DNA from: Marsupella aquatica
Lineage: Eukaryota > Plantae > Marchantiophyta
NCBI GenBank assembly: GCA_973895155.1
Contig: OZ316892.1
Location: forward strand, 572,917-636,916
Length of the DNA stretch: 64,000 nucleotides
Direction of reading: 5' to 3'
Shown here: piece by piece, positions 13,201-27,300 of the stretch
Numbering within the stretch: position 1 is the first letter of the stretch
Layout of the letters: the number at the start of each line of letters is the position of its first letter
The notes under the pieces: generated by a model
Database searches by the model: none
What the model saw: only the letters and a program-made list of their open reading frames with translations
Told to the model about the DNA's origin: nothing
Position numbers and translations under genes: made by a program

Positions 13201-14427
13201 GGCCGACCGCAATGATATTGTGGCGAGAGTCTTCAAACTTAAGTTGAAGGCCCTGTTGGCGGATATTCGGGCAGGGGTATTGGGTAGACCTATTGCCTCT
13301 ATGTATGTCATTGAATTTCAAAAGAGGGGTCTGCCGCACGCCCACATTCTGATAATATTGGTGGAACGACATAAGTTACGCACTCCAGAGTTGGTTGATC
13401 AATTGGTGTCGGCGGAGATACCGGACGCACGAGTACATCCACAATTATATGAAACTATTATGAAGTCCATGGTCCATGGTCCATGTGGTCGTGTATATCC
13501 AAACTCACCTTGCATGGTTGACGGGCAGTGCAGCAAGGGCTATCCACGATCATTCTCAACCGAAACAGTTTTTGGAGATGATGGGTATCCTATGTATCAC
13601 TAGTACATTTTTGGGCCTTTATTCGATAGGATTTACATCGGATCCCTTCAGGAAAATTGACGCAAAAATTTCTATCATTTGATGCAATTCCCAACACACT
13701 TTGCGATGCGTAAACCATCGCATATCGACCATCGGACTTTCTGATATTTTGGACAACGGACGTTCTGTTGTAATGTGTTACGGATATTTTATGTTCGATG
13801 TAAAATGAATCGGATAACTAACACGCGACGGCACACAACGATTTCCTATGTCCGATACTATTTAAATTGGGATGTCCGATATATTTGATATGGCAATTTG
13901 CGAAGTAAATTTTATCGGACATTGCGTTATTTATAATAACGGAAAGTGCGTTAGTTTTTGTATCGGACTATCCGATATGGGAACCTTGAAGGAGGGGTCC
14001 GATGCGTTGGGGATGGGAAAGTTTGAAGGCAACAGCATCGGACACTGCTATATTACCGATACGGATGGTAACGGACTTGCAACGGATTATCAAATGTTCT
14101 GGGGGTGGAATACAGGGTTTCATGGGTGGTTTTTTGGGGGTTTGGGTATTGGTTTAGGGTTGAAGGTGACATACACCAATTAGGAACCAAAGATAATGCT
14201 ATAAACACGAGGTCAAAATATCATATTCAAAAAGGGGATCACTCCAATATGTACAAAATGGATTAGGCCTACTGGGTAGACCCATCCTGGTCGTGATGGC
14301 ACGATAGAAGATGTAAAGAGAGCTTTGACTAGAGACTACACTGAGCTATATACAAGGTACCTCCTAGTGAGTGTCTAATCAAAGCTGTCTAGCACTAGAT
14401 ACCTGGCCACCTAAATGCAACTAACCT

Positions 14428-16962
14428 CTAAAAAGGTGTGTTGCGTCCCTTCTTCTTCTTTGGGCGAGAACAAAGGGTGGGTACAGGTCTAGCATCATGA
14501 GAGCCCTCCTCCCTCTGGCTGCCCACAACCGTGGCAGCCACCTGCTCACCAGATGGCATGGGTTGGCCTGATGCAGGCCTAGACCCTGACCCACTAGATG
14601 CACCGCTAGGGTGGTCAGGCAAGGTAGATGTCCCACCAACCCCCGACACGGCAGAGTGAAAGGACGCCTCAGCTCCTCCCGCAGACCTGCTAGAGTGATG
14701 GGATGGTGCGCCGACAGATCCTGTGGGTGGCCCATGTCGTGCTGTACTCCCACCAGACTCACGAGATGGTGCGTGCCCTCTAGATCCACCATCCGACACG
14801 TCGCCACTACCTCGTCGGGAAGGGCCACCTGCACCAGATACTCCTACGCGATCGCCTCGTCCCATGCCATCACCTCTACTACCCCCTGAGTGCCTGGGCC
14901 CCGCACCCCGTGATGCTCCAGAGCGATGGGAGCCCACACCATCAGCAGCATGTGACCCACCCCTCCCTGCTGATGGGGCAACGGCACCAGATGGGGCAAC
15001 AACACCTTGGACCTGAGGAGTAGGGATGACTGTGGGCACCTCCCCAACCCTGCCTCAGCATCCTGCTCAGAATCTGAGTCCAACTCCTCCGACCTAGACC
15101 CCTCCTCATCCTGTGCAATAGGGTTTAATTGCAGTTAGAATGAATGGTCCCAACCATAACTCTAACAAATTCATGACAACCTTAAACATTATATCACCCT
15201 AGTGTGAACACTTACCTCTCCCAACTCATCCTCAAGGTGGCACTTTAGAGCGCGGGGTCCATCCGTCTTTGCCAAATTCCTCTCCAACGGCGCAATAGGG
15301 CGACCATACTCCCGCTCCTGAAATTTAAAGATCCAAACCATAGAGGCCAGGTTAATATCAAATCTAGTATTAGCGTGCCTACCCTAAACCAAGCCACCCT
15401 ACATAGCCGTAATGTAACCTTAAACCATAGTTCACCCTAACTTTATACTCTACCCTAGTAAAAAATTAACGTTAAGTACGTTCATTCAAAAATTTAAATG
15501 TTTTGCCGAGGGGTCCGATGCAAAGTCCGATACATCCTGCATCGGACGTCTATCGGATGCATAACAAGAAAAATGGCATGACACGGTGTCCGATTCTGCT
15601 TCCAATGCAAAACCTATCGGATGAGTATTGGAAAGTACAGGCCCGAGAGCAAAAATGAGTTTTGCAAAGGGTTTAAACAAAAGACATAAGGCACAAACAA
15701 CTCATTCTTCGTGCGAGGAGTCAGGTGATCAGGGAGTCGAGGTGGGGAGGAGAGGGAGGGCACTTACAAACTCAGCCTTCAATCGATTGGAGCCGCCTTG
15801 CCCCATCCGGTGAGTGATGGTTGGCCTCCCCTGCACTCTCTCCAATGCTGCTATGATGTGCCTTGGTGGTTTGGGGAGTCTTGCTGCCTGAGCTCCATTG
15901 TTGCAGGTTCTGTTGAAGGGGGAGGATATCAACGTTCTCCCCAGCCTTTCACTTCTCCTCTGCCAGCCTAATTTTGTTGTCCCAATGTCTTCTTTTCAGC
16001 CAGGCACGGACTGAGAGTTCCTCCTCAAGCCAAGCCGCCCACTCATCCGGGGAAACATTGTCTGGACAACCCTCCTCCCTGATCACCTCTGCATCCACTG
16101 CCATATCTCCAAGGTACTTTCTGAATTTCTCTCGCTGATGATTGCGCATGTATGAGAGTGATGCTGAAATTCGTTTGTTTAGGAACCTGTCATCAATGTA
16201 GGCCCCGTTCCTGAACCGTTCCTTCACCTGCTCTCTGATTCTCAATCTCTCTTCCTCCTTCTTCTTGCCCCAGTAATCCAGTGGCCCCAAATTGGCCCTC
16301 AGCACCTGCTTGAATTGGCTTCGGAATAGATGGTAGCTCTTAGGCAATGGACCACCACCCGAATTGAGAGCTAGCTCAGGCCTGAGAGCTCTCTCTGCCT
16401 CCTTTTGCCTATGCTCCTCCAATCGCACCTTCTCAATTTCCCTAGCTACTTTTCGAAGCTTTTTGTCTCGTTTTCTTGGAGACAGTGTCTCCTCTGCATC
16501 CCCCTTGCCTCTCTTTGCCTCTTTCTTCCTCTTCTTTGCCTCCTTCTCACTTGCAATGCTTGTAGTAGCAGTCTTCTCTGCCTCACGCCGAGAGGCATCA
16601 ATCAGCGTTTGGAGGAGTGGGACTACTCTCTCTGCATCCTCCACACTCAGCCCTGCCTTGGCCACAAAAATGTCCCTCATAACTTCATTGTATGGTTGGG
16701 ATGGTCCCCCTTGCTCTCCACCACCACCTGATCCCCCTTCGTCTCCCCCACCACCTGATCCCCCGCCCCCCTCCATCTCTCCTCCTCCTTCAAGCTCTCC
16801 TCCTTGATCCAGCTTCAAAAATTTTGAAAAACACCAAGTGCAAAACGGGGCCTGACGCGCGGGTCTTCGCACCTGCATCGGTTCTTTTTTCCGAAACAAA
16901 ACCTGCTGCTTCCGATTCTTTCTGTTTTGGACTTTGCGAAACCAAAGGTATCGGACACGCAA
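14428..16962 (-). pseudogene. TnpA/Ptta-like (Transposase_24-like) second gene of the CACTA element, multi-exon, divergent from the transposase
   Basis: CPDNVSPDEWAAWLEE and ITHRMGQGGSNRLKAEF resemble Ptta/En-Spm ORF2 motifs. Gly/Ser-rich tail. Stop at 15949; the true start is uncertain. Confidence 0.55.
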
Positions 16963-17433
16963 TCGGACTTTCCGAAACTATCTGCTTTGGACCCCTCGTC
17001 CTTTTCTTGTGGCCGTGTATGTACCAAGTGTGGCACGTTTCCTATTGCATCGGACCCCTCATGAAGTTATATCGGATACCTCTTGGCTTTCCCAAAGGGG
17101 GTCCAATATAATGTTTTGAATTTGGGTTGGGTATGGGATTGGAGGGTTTAGAGTATAATTTAGGATATTTAGGTTTTGTATGGGGTAAGGGCACATGGTT
17201 GGAGTTATTATTTGCTTTCATATTTGAATCCGCGTTTTGTAGGGCTCTACATATGTGAACGGGACAGTGAACGTGTCATGCATGTAGAGAGACCTCTTGC
17301 AAGTTTCTTTGTTGCGGAGAACAAATTTTGGGGTTTGTACCGGACTATGTAATTGTTTTGATAAGCTATGGTCTTGCATGCTTAATATATTGGGCTCTAA
17401 TTAATGATGCAATTGTGTATAGAGTCTTGGTGT

Positions 17434-18141
17434 TTTAGGGGTGGTTGTGGTGATGGGAACTCAATACTATGATATGTAATATAGGATCAAGAAAATACTA
17501 CAAGAAGTTTTTGTATGAACCATTTTCGGGTGAAAGCCTTTTGTTTCATTTCTTTATAGGGGATTATGGGTGTACGTAGAGGTTTTATTAGTATAACATT
17601 ATACCTTTTGTTAGGATAATATTAAACCCCTTCATTAGGCTAATCTTTGTGTTTGGATTTGATGTGTAGTACCTTGCTTTTGGAGGGGTGGTTAACTTTT
17701 TTTGAGGGGATAGGGAGGTTTCGATTTTGGACAATGCACTATGCATGAAACTGTGCATCCAGGAGGTACGATGTTCTCTTGCAAGTTCCTTGCAAGTTTA
17801 GGGATGGTTGTGGTGATGGGAACTCAATACTATGATATATGATAGACAAAATACTACAAGAAGTTTTTGTACGAACCATTTCTTGGTGAAAGCTATTTGG
17901 ATCATTTCTTTGGAGGGGTTTATGGGCTTAGGGTTATGGGGTTTTACTAGGATAAGGTTACACCTTTTCTTAGGATAAGGTTCAACCTCCATATATTAGC
18001 TAGGCTAATGGTTGTGTTGGATTTGATGCACAGTACCTTGCGTTTGGAGGGGTGGTTCAATGTTTGTGAGGGGGTAGATAGGTTTTGTTTTGGACAATGC
18101 ACTATGCATAGTGTGAGACCGCGCATCCAGGAGGTATGATG
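17434..18141. repeat. Diverged tandem duplication of about 350 bp between the CACTA element's divergent genes
   Basis: Units start TTTAGGG.TGGTTGTGGTGATGGGAACTCAATACTATGATAT at 17434 and 17797. Both end GCATCCAGGAGGTA.GATG. Confidence 0.8.
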
Positions 18142-18462
18142 CCCCCGCTTCACGAGCCGCATCATTTACACTTAATTTGTATGTTGGAATTTTTTTATAT
18201 GTGGTGTGTTCTTCCTACACTCTTTCGCACTTACAGATTATGTATGCTCATTAGCAAATGCTCACCCATATATGCAGAGATTTTGGATGTCCCACACCTT
18301 GTGTTTAGAAAATACGACACAGTAGGCTGGCAAAGCGCGGGTATCATTGAGGTACAACAGGACTTTTGTATCTCATGCATTAATTAATTCTATTTTGATA
18401 CTCCAACACTTGTCTTCTTTTATGCAGCTTACATGAATTCAGAGTGTACTTCATGCATGCAG

Positions 18463-21400
18463 ATGTCTACTTCTGATAGGTCCACGTCAGATCCAGACTC
18501 AGACACAAGCTCGTCTGAGGGGGAGGTTCCTCCACCCCCTCCTCCAGATCGTCCTCGTGCTCCACTAGGACCCATACCTTGCTGGTGTGTGAGATGTAAG
18601 GGACTTGTGATTCGACATGCGTGGGAGACTTGTGAGCACATCGAGAACTATGGCCGCCACAAGGGTGATATGCCAGGGTATTTGCCTAGCCAGGTACAGA
18701 TATGTTTATGTCCCCTATTCATTCCATATATGCATTACAATTTACGGTATTGCTTAATTATCTTGCATTTATATCCTGGCACTACTTAATTTATTGATTT
18801 GTGTAAAACCATTGTACGTGTGTTGAAATAGGTGCCTCGTAGGCCCCCACCTCCTTTGGTTCCTGAAGCTGTGTGGTTGGAAGGGTTTCTAGCAAGGGCC
18901 AGGGAGTTGCTTGCAGTTCCTCCTGCCCAGATGCCTCTTAGCCCACCTGCTCCTATCCCCACTCACGTGCCCACACATGAGCATGTAGAGGGGGAACCGG
19001 TCTCTCGGCCCGAGGTTGTGCCTACTAGGGTCCTACGTACACGACCACGATCTGGTAGACGTAGACGGCAGTATGGACCACTGGACCAGGTAGACAGACG
19101 AGAGGAGGTGTTAGGTACTAGTGATCGACCAGCCGGTAACGTAGATTATATTTGCGTTGAGGGCAGGTTTGGACTATCCTATCTCACTGGTAGGGTTGCC
19201 GAAGTTTTGAAGGACTTTTCTCCAAGTCTCTTCAAATTTCCAGATTTTATTCCTACAGATGAACCAGTTCAGATATGGGGTCGCCCTTGGATAGTGAAGG
19301 CATCCTCTATTGGTCCTGATATAGGATATGGTATTTTTGCTTTGGAGGATATTGTGGTCCCTCCAAAGCCATGGAGACGTGGTTATGATGGAGAGCACCT
19401 CTTTCCTTACATTGGGGCTGTATATAACTCCAAGAGTTGGAATATTTTGTTGCGTCAACACCCAAGTTGGGGGGTGTATGCATTGAGGATGGACTCAGAC
19501 CCGGATGAGGTCTTCACTAGGCCGTGGCATTGCCGGATGATTGATGGTGACCCTATTCGGAACGGTAATTTAGCAGGGTACATCAATAGTACCACAAGTA
19601 GAGATAGAGGTTTGGAGGCTAATGTAGAGTGGATTCAAATGTTTGGTCCACCTAGACATCCATATTTTGTGAAACATATGGACGACCATATCATGACAGT
19701 AGCTGTTAGTGTAGTATTGCACTAAGGACATAAATCAACATTTAATGCCCAAAACTCGGTATTCGATCCCATGGAAGAACAAGAAAGGAATGATTTTCTA
19801 TCATTTAACACTTATGAATGACTAAGGTAACAAAAACACAGGTTTGAGCCTTTTACTATGATTGCCCAGCAAGGCATAGATTTGAATGTTTGCTTAACAT
19901 TGTAAATGCAATTAATAAAATGGAAACAAATAACAAAACACAATAAAATCTTGAGGTATGATGAGAGAGTCTGGAAAACACCAAGGTAACTTCTCATCAA
20001 TACTTCATTTGATGTGATTTTGGTGGTATATCCGTAAGAACATTTCTGGAATGGATTACTGTACTAGGATGATTACTAAAATGCCGTCAACACGTCTCAA
20101 CTTTTCCTTCCAAAGGTACTAAGAAGAAACTAGTAATCAATCACTTCGATATCCAGTCGGTACTCTGAGTCACGAATAATAAACACCATCATGATCAAAT
20201 TGAAGTCACAGGTAATTGGTGAGTAACAATCTTTACATCCCATGCACAAGCAATGTCACGCCAAAAACTATGCATCAAGAACTCAAGAAGATGGGTTGTC
20301 ACCACTTAAGGAATCTATTCTCTCATACTTCTGAGATTCAACTTCATACAAGTAATTTTACTTCAATGATCTAAACTCTCAATCATTCAGACCAAGGAAG
20401 GGAGAAGAATTCCTTTTGCATTTGCAAGCAAAGGTGATTCCAGTGCTGCAGCACATGCCACATGCACTACTTTATTTCTTCACACTTGAAAATGACACAA
20501 ATTCTACTTCATATAGGCTAGCAGAAACCCAAGGAGACTGAGATACTGAAAAGACATGCCCTTTCATATCTAAAGGGTCTTGAATAAACTTGATGACGGT
20601 CATCCTTGAAAAGTGAATGGACACTGCTGAAAGTGTCAAAAATGCAGGAGACGCTTCTCAAAGCGTCGAGGTTTGAGCGGACGCTTTGCAAAGCGTCGGT
20701 GTTTTTTCGGTAAAACTAATAAACAGTGATCTTAATCTAATTTTAACTTCTAAACTAAAAATCGGAATGAGTTGAAACTTTTCTAGGGTACTCTACTACA
20801 TATAATCTCTATGCTGACAAAGTTTCAGACTTTTCTGAGATCTCTAAGTGCCTCAAATAAATCGGTAAAAGTGGCGCGGTGTTATAAAAGTGCGAAAACT
20901 GAAAATTTTTCCAAGTGTCGGGAACATAGTGGACGCTTCAGAAAGCGTCCAAAACTACAAAGGACTTTTGTGGACGCTTTAGAAAGCGTCGGCTGAATTT
21001 CGAGGTTTTGGTCGCAGCGTCCGTCTTCTGGTCTTCGGGCGGGACGCTTCAGTGGGCGTCGCAGTGTCGATGTCGCCTTCGGGGTAGCAGATGCTTCTGT
21101 GGGCGTCGCTCCTCATGTGGATTGCAGAGCGTCGGAGTACAATTGGTTGGGTGGCGGACGCTCCAGAAAGTGTCGTGGTCTTGGGTGGACGCTTTTCAAA
21201 GCGTCCAAAAATACAAAGGACTTTTCTCAAAGCGTCGGCGAAGTCACGGCTATGTAAAAAATACCTAAACTAAAATAATTTTAACTTTCAAACCACATGT
21301 AGGTTTGAGATGAAACTTTCAGGGATGATTCTACTACGTAACTACTAACTCTTGAAAAAGTATGAGACTTTTCTGACCACTTTAGCTATTTAACTAAAAT

Positions 21401-21808
21401 AGCAGAGATCGGCTGATTGTGATAATTGCACAGAGAGCTCATTCTTGCTGAAGAAGTGTTTTGGAGTCCGGTTCTTGAATCTTCTAGTCTGCATTGCTTC
21501 TCCAATGATGTCCAGTCTTCTTTCTTGGTAGCATGTAAAGAGCAAGGATTTATATTGGCGATCCTTGTCCAATATAGGCAATAGCCTCCGATGAAGCATA
21601 ACATTAGGTAAAGTGTTCAGTTGATCTAAATTGCTACAAAAGGTAACTAGAATGCACCTTTGAGTTAGAAAAAGTTTAAAATTTCTAAAATTTCCATCAT
21701 TTCTAACTAATGTACAGCATTACAGTTAGGACCATTAGAGCTGGTGAGGAGTTATTCTGTGAGTATGAGTGGGATGCACCAAAATTGTCCTTGCGTTGTC
21801 GTCCATGA
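18463..21808 (+). pseudogene. SET-domain protein inside the CACTA element (exon 18463-18693; exon 18832-19709 + 21730-21808, split by a solo LTR)
   Basis: IVKASSIG..GYGIFALEDI...DGDPIRNGNLAGYINS...ANVEW. After removing the LTR it continues MTVAVRTIRAGEELFCEY, the canonical SET motif order. Confidence 0.8.
19710..21724. mobile_element. Solo LTR (2015 bp), second family
   Basis: TGTAGT...ATTACA ends and TSD GTTAG (19705-19709, 21725-21729). No credible ORF. Its removal restores the SET frame. Confidence 0.88.
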
Positions 21809-24394
21809 TAGTTTCTTGGACTTACATACATGTATATATATATGTCAGTTTATTTTACATGTTTACATGAGAATGATGTTGTTCAGCAGTGCATGTGTTG
21901 ATGAGATTAATTAATTGATGTTGTATGATAGAATCAATATGTAACGCCTGATATTGGGGTAATATCACGAGCTATGCGACAATACCTTGTTGAGGCCATG
22001 GTGGCCAACCGTGGGCATGAACCGCAAAGGCAAGAGGATGGGGTACGACATGATGGTGATGATCCTATCCAAGACCATCTTGATGAGGAGAGGGCCATGG
22101 ATGAGCTCATGGACCAATTCTATGATGATCACGATGACATTGGTTTGGAGGACATTGGTTCAACCCATGAAAGGACTAGTCATCCACATCCTTCTAGGGG
22201 GTCCCAAGACAAGCAATGGGAGGAGGCGCAACGTCATGCCCGTACTCGCATATTCGAGGGGAGTAGGTTATCTCGGCTCTCATCAATAATGTTGTTGCTC
22301 AACTTGCGGCAAAGACATGGGGCAAGCAATCTACTTTTGGATGATGTTTTCCGTACCTTGCATGATCATATTTTGCCAGTAGGCAATGCATTGCCAGCCT
22401 CTTGGAAAGAGGCTAAACAGGTGTTGAGGTCCATTGGCCTGAAGTATGAGGTGATACATGCATGTGTGGATGATTGCATTCTTTTTAGGGGTGAGCATGA
22501 AAATGCCACTACATGTCCTAAATGTCAGAAGCCACGGTACCGTGATGACATGTTGACGGGGAAGGTACCGCAAAAGGTTATGAGGTACTTTCCTCTTATC
22601 CCTCGATTGCGACATCAATTCCGATGTGCAGAGTTGGCTGAGATGATGGTATGGCACTCACAAAATCGTTCTGATATGGTTGTACCCTCTAGTGCCATGC
22701 GGATGATGGTTGACTCTCCTGCCAATCGATTTGTAGAGGATAGATGGGGAGAGTTCAAAATTGACCCACGACATGTTCGACTAGGCTTGGCAGCAGACGG
22801 TATCAGCCCTTTTGCATTGACAGGAAAAGCCAAACCATATTTGGTGTGGCCAGTAGTGTTGACAAACTACAACATCCCTCCTTGGATGGCCATGAAGAAA
22901 GGTCACCTACTAGTCTCCATGATTATTCCGGGTCCTAAGCAAGTTAAAAAGATTGATGTGTACTTGCAGCCATTGATTGATGAGTTGATACAACTGTGGA
23001 GAGGAGTGGATTCTTGTGATGGACGTCACAACACAGGAGGTTTATCCCGCGTATTTACTCTAAAGGCCATCCTTATGTGGACCATGCATGATTTACCAGG
23101 TATGGTAAACCCTTATTTCCTCTAGTACCTAAACCTTGTATTTAATTGCAATTATGCAGATTTTTGCCTTGATGAACCTTATTTTATGAATGTGTTTTCT
23201 ATGCACTGGGCAGGGTTTGGATATGTTTCTGGATTGCAAACATCAGGCTATCGAGCTTGCTCTACATGTGGACCCGATTTGGAGGGGGTGGCCAGGCCCA
23301 AGTCAAGTACTTTGCAAAAAATTCTTTACATTGGTCATACTAAATATCTTCCACCAGACCATCCTTGGAGGAGTGATCCATTCCTTTATGATACTGATGA
23401 GGGCCAACCTGATATTCGTCCTCAACCTCAGCGGAAGGATCCAGCATATTGGAGAGAGGTATGGGGGAGAGTTCAGGATCCGAGTGATCCATTACCATTA
23501 TTCAGATGTGGCATGACCCGTTTGTTTGCATTGTCACAATTGCCATATTGGTTAGATATGCCCATTAATCACTTGTTAGACCCTATGCACATTGAGGGGA
23601 ATGTGGGGAAATCATTGATTCGCAATCTATATGGGGAGAAAAATAACAATTGGAGAGAAAGTTGTGAGGAGATGGGGATGCATGGTCTTTTGGGTTTTTG
23701 GCCATCTTTGGACCCCCTTGGTGCTCCCCCTAGCATCCATCCTCCTTGGGTTTTGACAAGGGCAGAGCGCATTGAGTTTCGCAGACGTATTGGGTTGATG
23801 AGGTTTCCCACAGGTTATGGTACCAATCTTCGGAAGGCATTTGGGGGGGAGGATTCTCCAAAATGGCCATCTTTCTTGAAGACACATGATTATCATCGGT
23901 TGCTTGAACATGTTCTTCCAGTTGCTATTATTGGATTGGGTAGTGAGGAACTTCGTGATGCCCTTTGGTCATTGGGTAAGCTCTTAAGATGGGTATGTCA
24001 AAAGGAGGTACAAGAGGATGACATTGCTGCTATGGAGATATTTGGAGTAGAGGTTGTCTGCAAGTTGGAGAAGGCACTCCCTCCCTCATTCTTTGATGGT
24101 CAGGTTCATTTCCTCATACATTTAGTGCGCGAGGTTGCAATTGCAGGCCCAGTACATTGTCGATGGATGTATTGGGTAGAGCGTTATATGGGGGTGATGA
24201 AGTCATATGTCTTTAATCGCGCTAGGGTGGAAGGTAGCATTGCGGAGTGTCATCTTGGAGCAGAGAGTATGTTTTACTGTACAAACATAGTTGCCACACT
24301 AGATCCTAGTGCTCCTAGGGGATGGATAGATGAGGCGGCACGAGAGGCTGACTACGAGGATGATAGACTCACTGGGGCATCTGGAGAGCGTCTC

Positions 24395-27300
24395 TGTGAT
24401 GCCTAGACAGGAATCACTCGGCCGGTTAAGTGGGTAAAGCAGGAAGGCACCCTAGGAACACCTTAGTATAGGGACAAAACAAGGAAAATATAAACAATTA
24501 GGGGCAACCATGGAACCCGGGCAGAGGCCGGAGGTAAGGCTGAGGGTGAAAACCCGATTAGGGTTAGGGCGCGTTAAGCGTCGGCGGCTAGGAAGGATCA
24601 ACGGGAAGAAGGACCGGCAGAGGAGAGGGGTAAGGAGCGCTTGCAGGAGATGGTGGCTCATTTGCGAGCACGAACTAGGCAGACGACTACGGGAGGCCAA
24701 CTACTGTCAGTTGCTTAGGCAAGCACTCGGGGAGAGAATAGATACCGACGATCGACCTAAGGAGGGTATGAGCAATGTCAATCAAGCGGCACATTTCTGG
24801 GGATGCCTGTTCGAACGGGCAACTGAGTACATCAAGACTTACGAGGACGAGGAGTCAGAAAGGGCAGCTCGAGAACGGCAGGAGCTCGCTCGATTGTGGG
24901 AGCTGCAGAAGACGGCTTTCTTAGGAGGCGAACTCATCAAGGACGAGTTCCTGTGGACGCCTACTTCCAATCAACTCGACGATCTTCTGTTTTGCAAAGA
25001 CAGCGTCGTCGGCATCCGAGAGGCCATCAAGAACTGCAACGACATACACTGGGAATTAAAGGGTAGCACGAAAAGGTGGACCCAGGCAACGGTGCTAGGA
25101 GAAACCTCCACGGCAGCAGAGATGAAGAGGAAGGGGGCCGTCAACGATGAAGCCACCCCGGCAAAAAGAACGAGGTCGGTGGCACCAAAGAGGCCAGCCG
25201 AGCAGCAGAGCAGGAGGCAGGGAGAAGCCGAAGAGGAGGAGGTCGATCCCATCAAGGCCATTCCAACCAGGGATGACACCTGGAAGGGCTGGGCGGCAAC
25301 CCTACCGGTGGAGGTGCAACTACATTTTGCACGGGAGGAGGATGCATGCTTTACGGCCATGCAGACCAAGAAGTACCAAGGCTTCATGGCCGGATCCGGC
25401 TTGGAGGCCTTTGTAAGATTACCATGGCTGAAGCCGGAGGTACCGGAGTCAGACCTATTAGAATTCGTGGGGTCATGGGAACCCGAGACCAATTGCACGA
25501 GGATATATGGGAAGGATTTCTATCTTACTCCCAAGGTAATTGCCGAAGTGTTTGGCTTGCCGATAGGCAATAAGACCAAAGTTGATACCAGGAAGACCCT
25601 GCCTGACAAGGAGTTCCGGTCGTTCCCCGGGCCATCAACGAAGAATGGCTTCTTCCGGAACACCTGCACCAACCCGCACATAGGAGAGATGATCGACTTC
25701 TTGCGGGTGACCATGCATTGTAACTTGCCGAGGGCAGAGATCGGCAAGGCACAGGTCTATCTGGCAGAAAGGCCAGACCCAAGCCGGGACTACAACGGGT
25801 ACCTCCTCAACCAATTGAAGAAGATCTTAAAGGAGGAGCAGCAGGTAATCGGCATGGGGAGCGTGTTGCAGCTTGGCTATCACATGCCGCTGTTGTGCCG
25901 GTATGCCAGAGGTCAGACTTTTGCCCCGGTACTTCCCCTGCAGGTAAGGGCACCCGAGGAAGCTCCAACGCCGAGGCCGTTGGCTGAGAAGCCTCAACCA
26001 CCTGTTAGTCCTACGATCGAGCAGGTGTTTAGGCCCAGGAAGGAAGACTTGCCGATGCAGCAACCAGGCATGCAGAGTCTGCTGAAACTACTGGAGAAAG
26101 AAAAGAAATCGGCATCGGCAACAACAACGGCAACGGCAACAATGCAGGACACTACTACAGAGGTAGGCCTACACCGGCTCACAAGAGAAAACCCCTTTGC
26201 TGGAGACAAGGAGAGAATCAGGCCGGAATCCAAGCCAGGTGTTCGAATGTACGTGGGAACCTCAAGCTCCGAATCTGAGGCAGAATTGCCTGAAGCTCCT
26301 ACCGACGAAGAGGAGAGGGAGAAGCCGGACATCCAAGAGGTAGAGGAGGCAGTGGAGGACTGCAGCCATGATAATTCCGGCTATGGGTCGGACCATCACG
26401 TTCCAGGAGTAAGGACCTGTGGCCGGTTTGTCCCCACACTTCCAAGGGTAGTGCGAGGGGACCCCAACCAGCAGAGTAGCCCTGAGTCTCCCCCACCAGA
26501 TGTTGCTCCCCCGAGCTTCGACGGCATAAAACAGACGGTGCAGGAATTTCAGGAGCGAATCAAGCAGGAGGAAGAGGCCGCCCTGGCTAAGGAAAAGGAT
26601 TTACCAGGAGGAGATTGGCCGGAGGACATCAGGCGGCTAGCCAAAAAAGGAAGCAAACCTCTAGCCACGATTGAAGAGATCCGCAGGACGGCTTGGGAGC
26701 AGAGGCCACAATGGGCGATGCCGATCACTTCTACTTACTCCACCTACGCTAAGAATAGAGCCATGGAGTATGGTGAGATGTGTGGGGAACTTGCGCTCGG
26801 CATCTTTGGAGAGGAGTTGGAGGTAGGACCCTTTTTCCATAGGGAGCAGTTGGAGAAGCACCAATTAGAAGAAGCGGTGGCTTTAGAGAGAAGCAAGAAG
26901 GACGAGGTCATTCGGCGGCTTAGGAGGATGGAAGCCGAGATTGAAGATCTAAGGGCGGCCAAGAAAGCCCAAGATGAACTGCGGATTAAACGACATGAGC
27001 TGAACATCATGCAGGGGCAGTTGGACATCGCGCAGGCTGATAATCAGAATATCAAGGATAAACTAACTCAGACGCAGGGAGAGTTGGCCGACACGATCAA
27101 AGAGAGGGAGAAGTGGAAGCAAGAGCTGAAGAATACAGAGGAGGCCCACATAACAGCCAACAGCCGGGCCATGGCGGAGACCCAAAGAAAGGAATGGGCG
27201 TTGAAAGGGGAGCTCGAGAAAATCCGCGGAGCCCTTGAGCAGAAGGAGGTCGAGTTAGGGAAATCCTATCAAGGGATTATGGCGCTGCAGCAGGAGCTTG

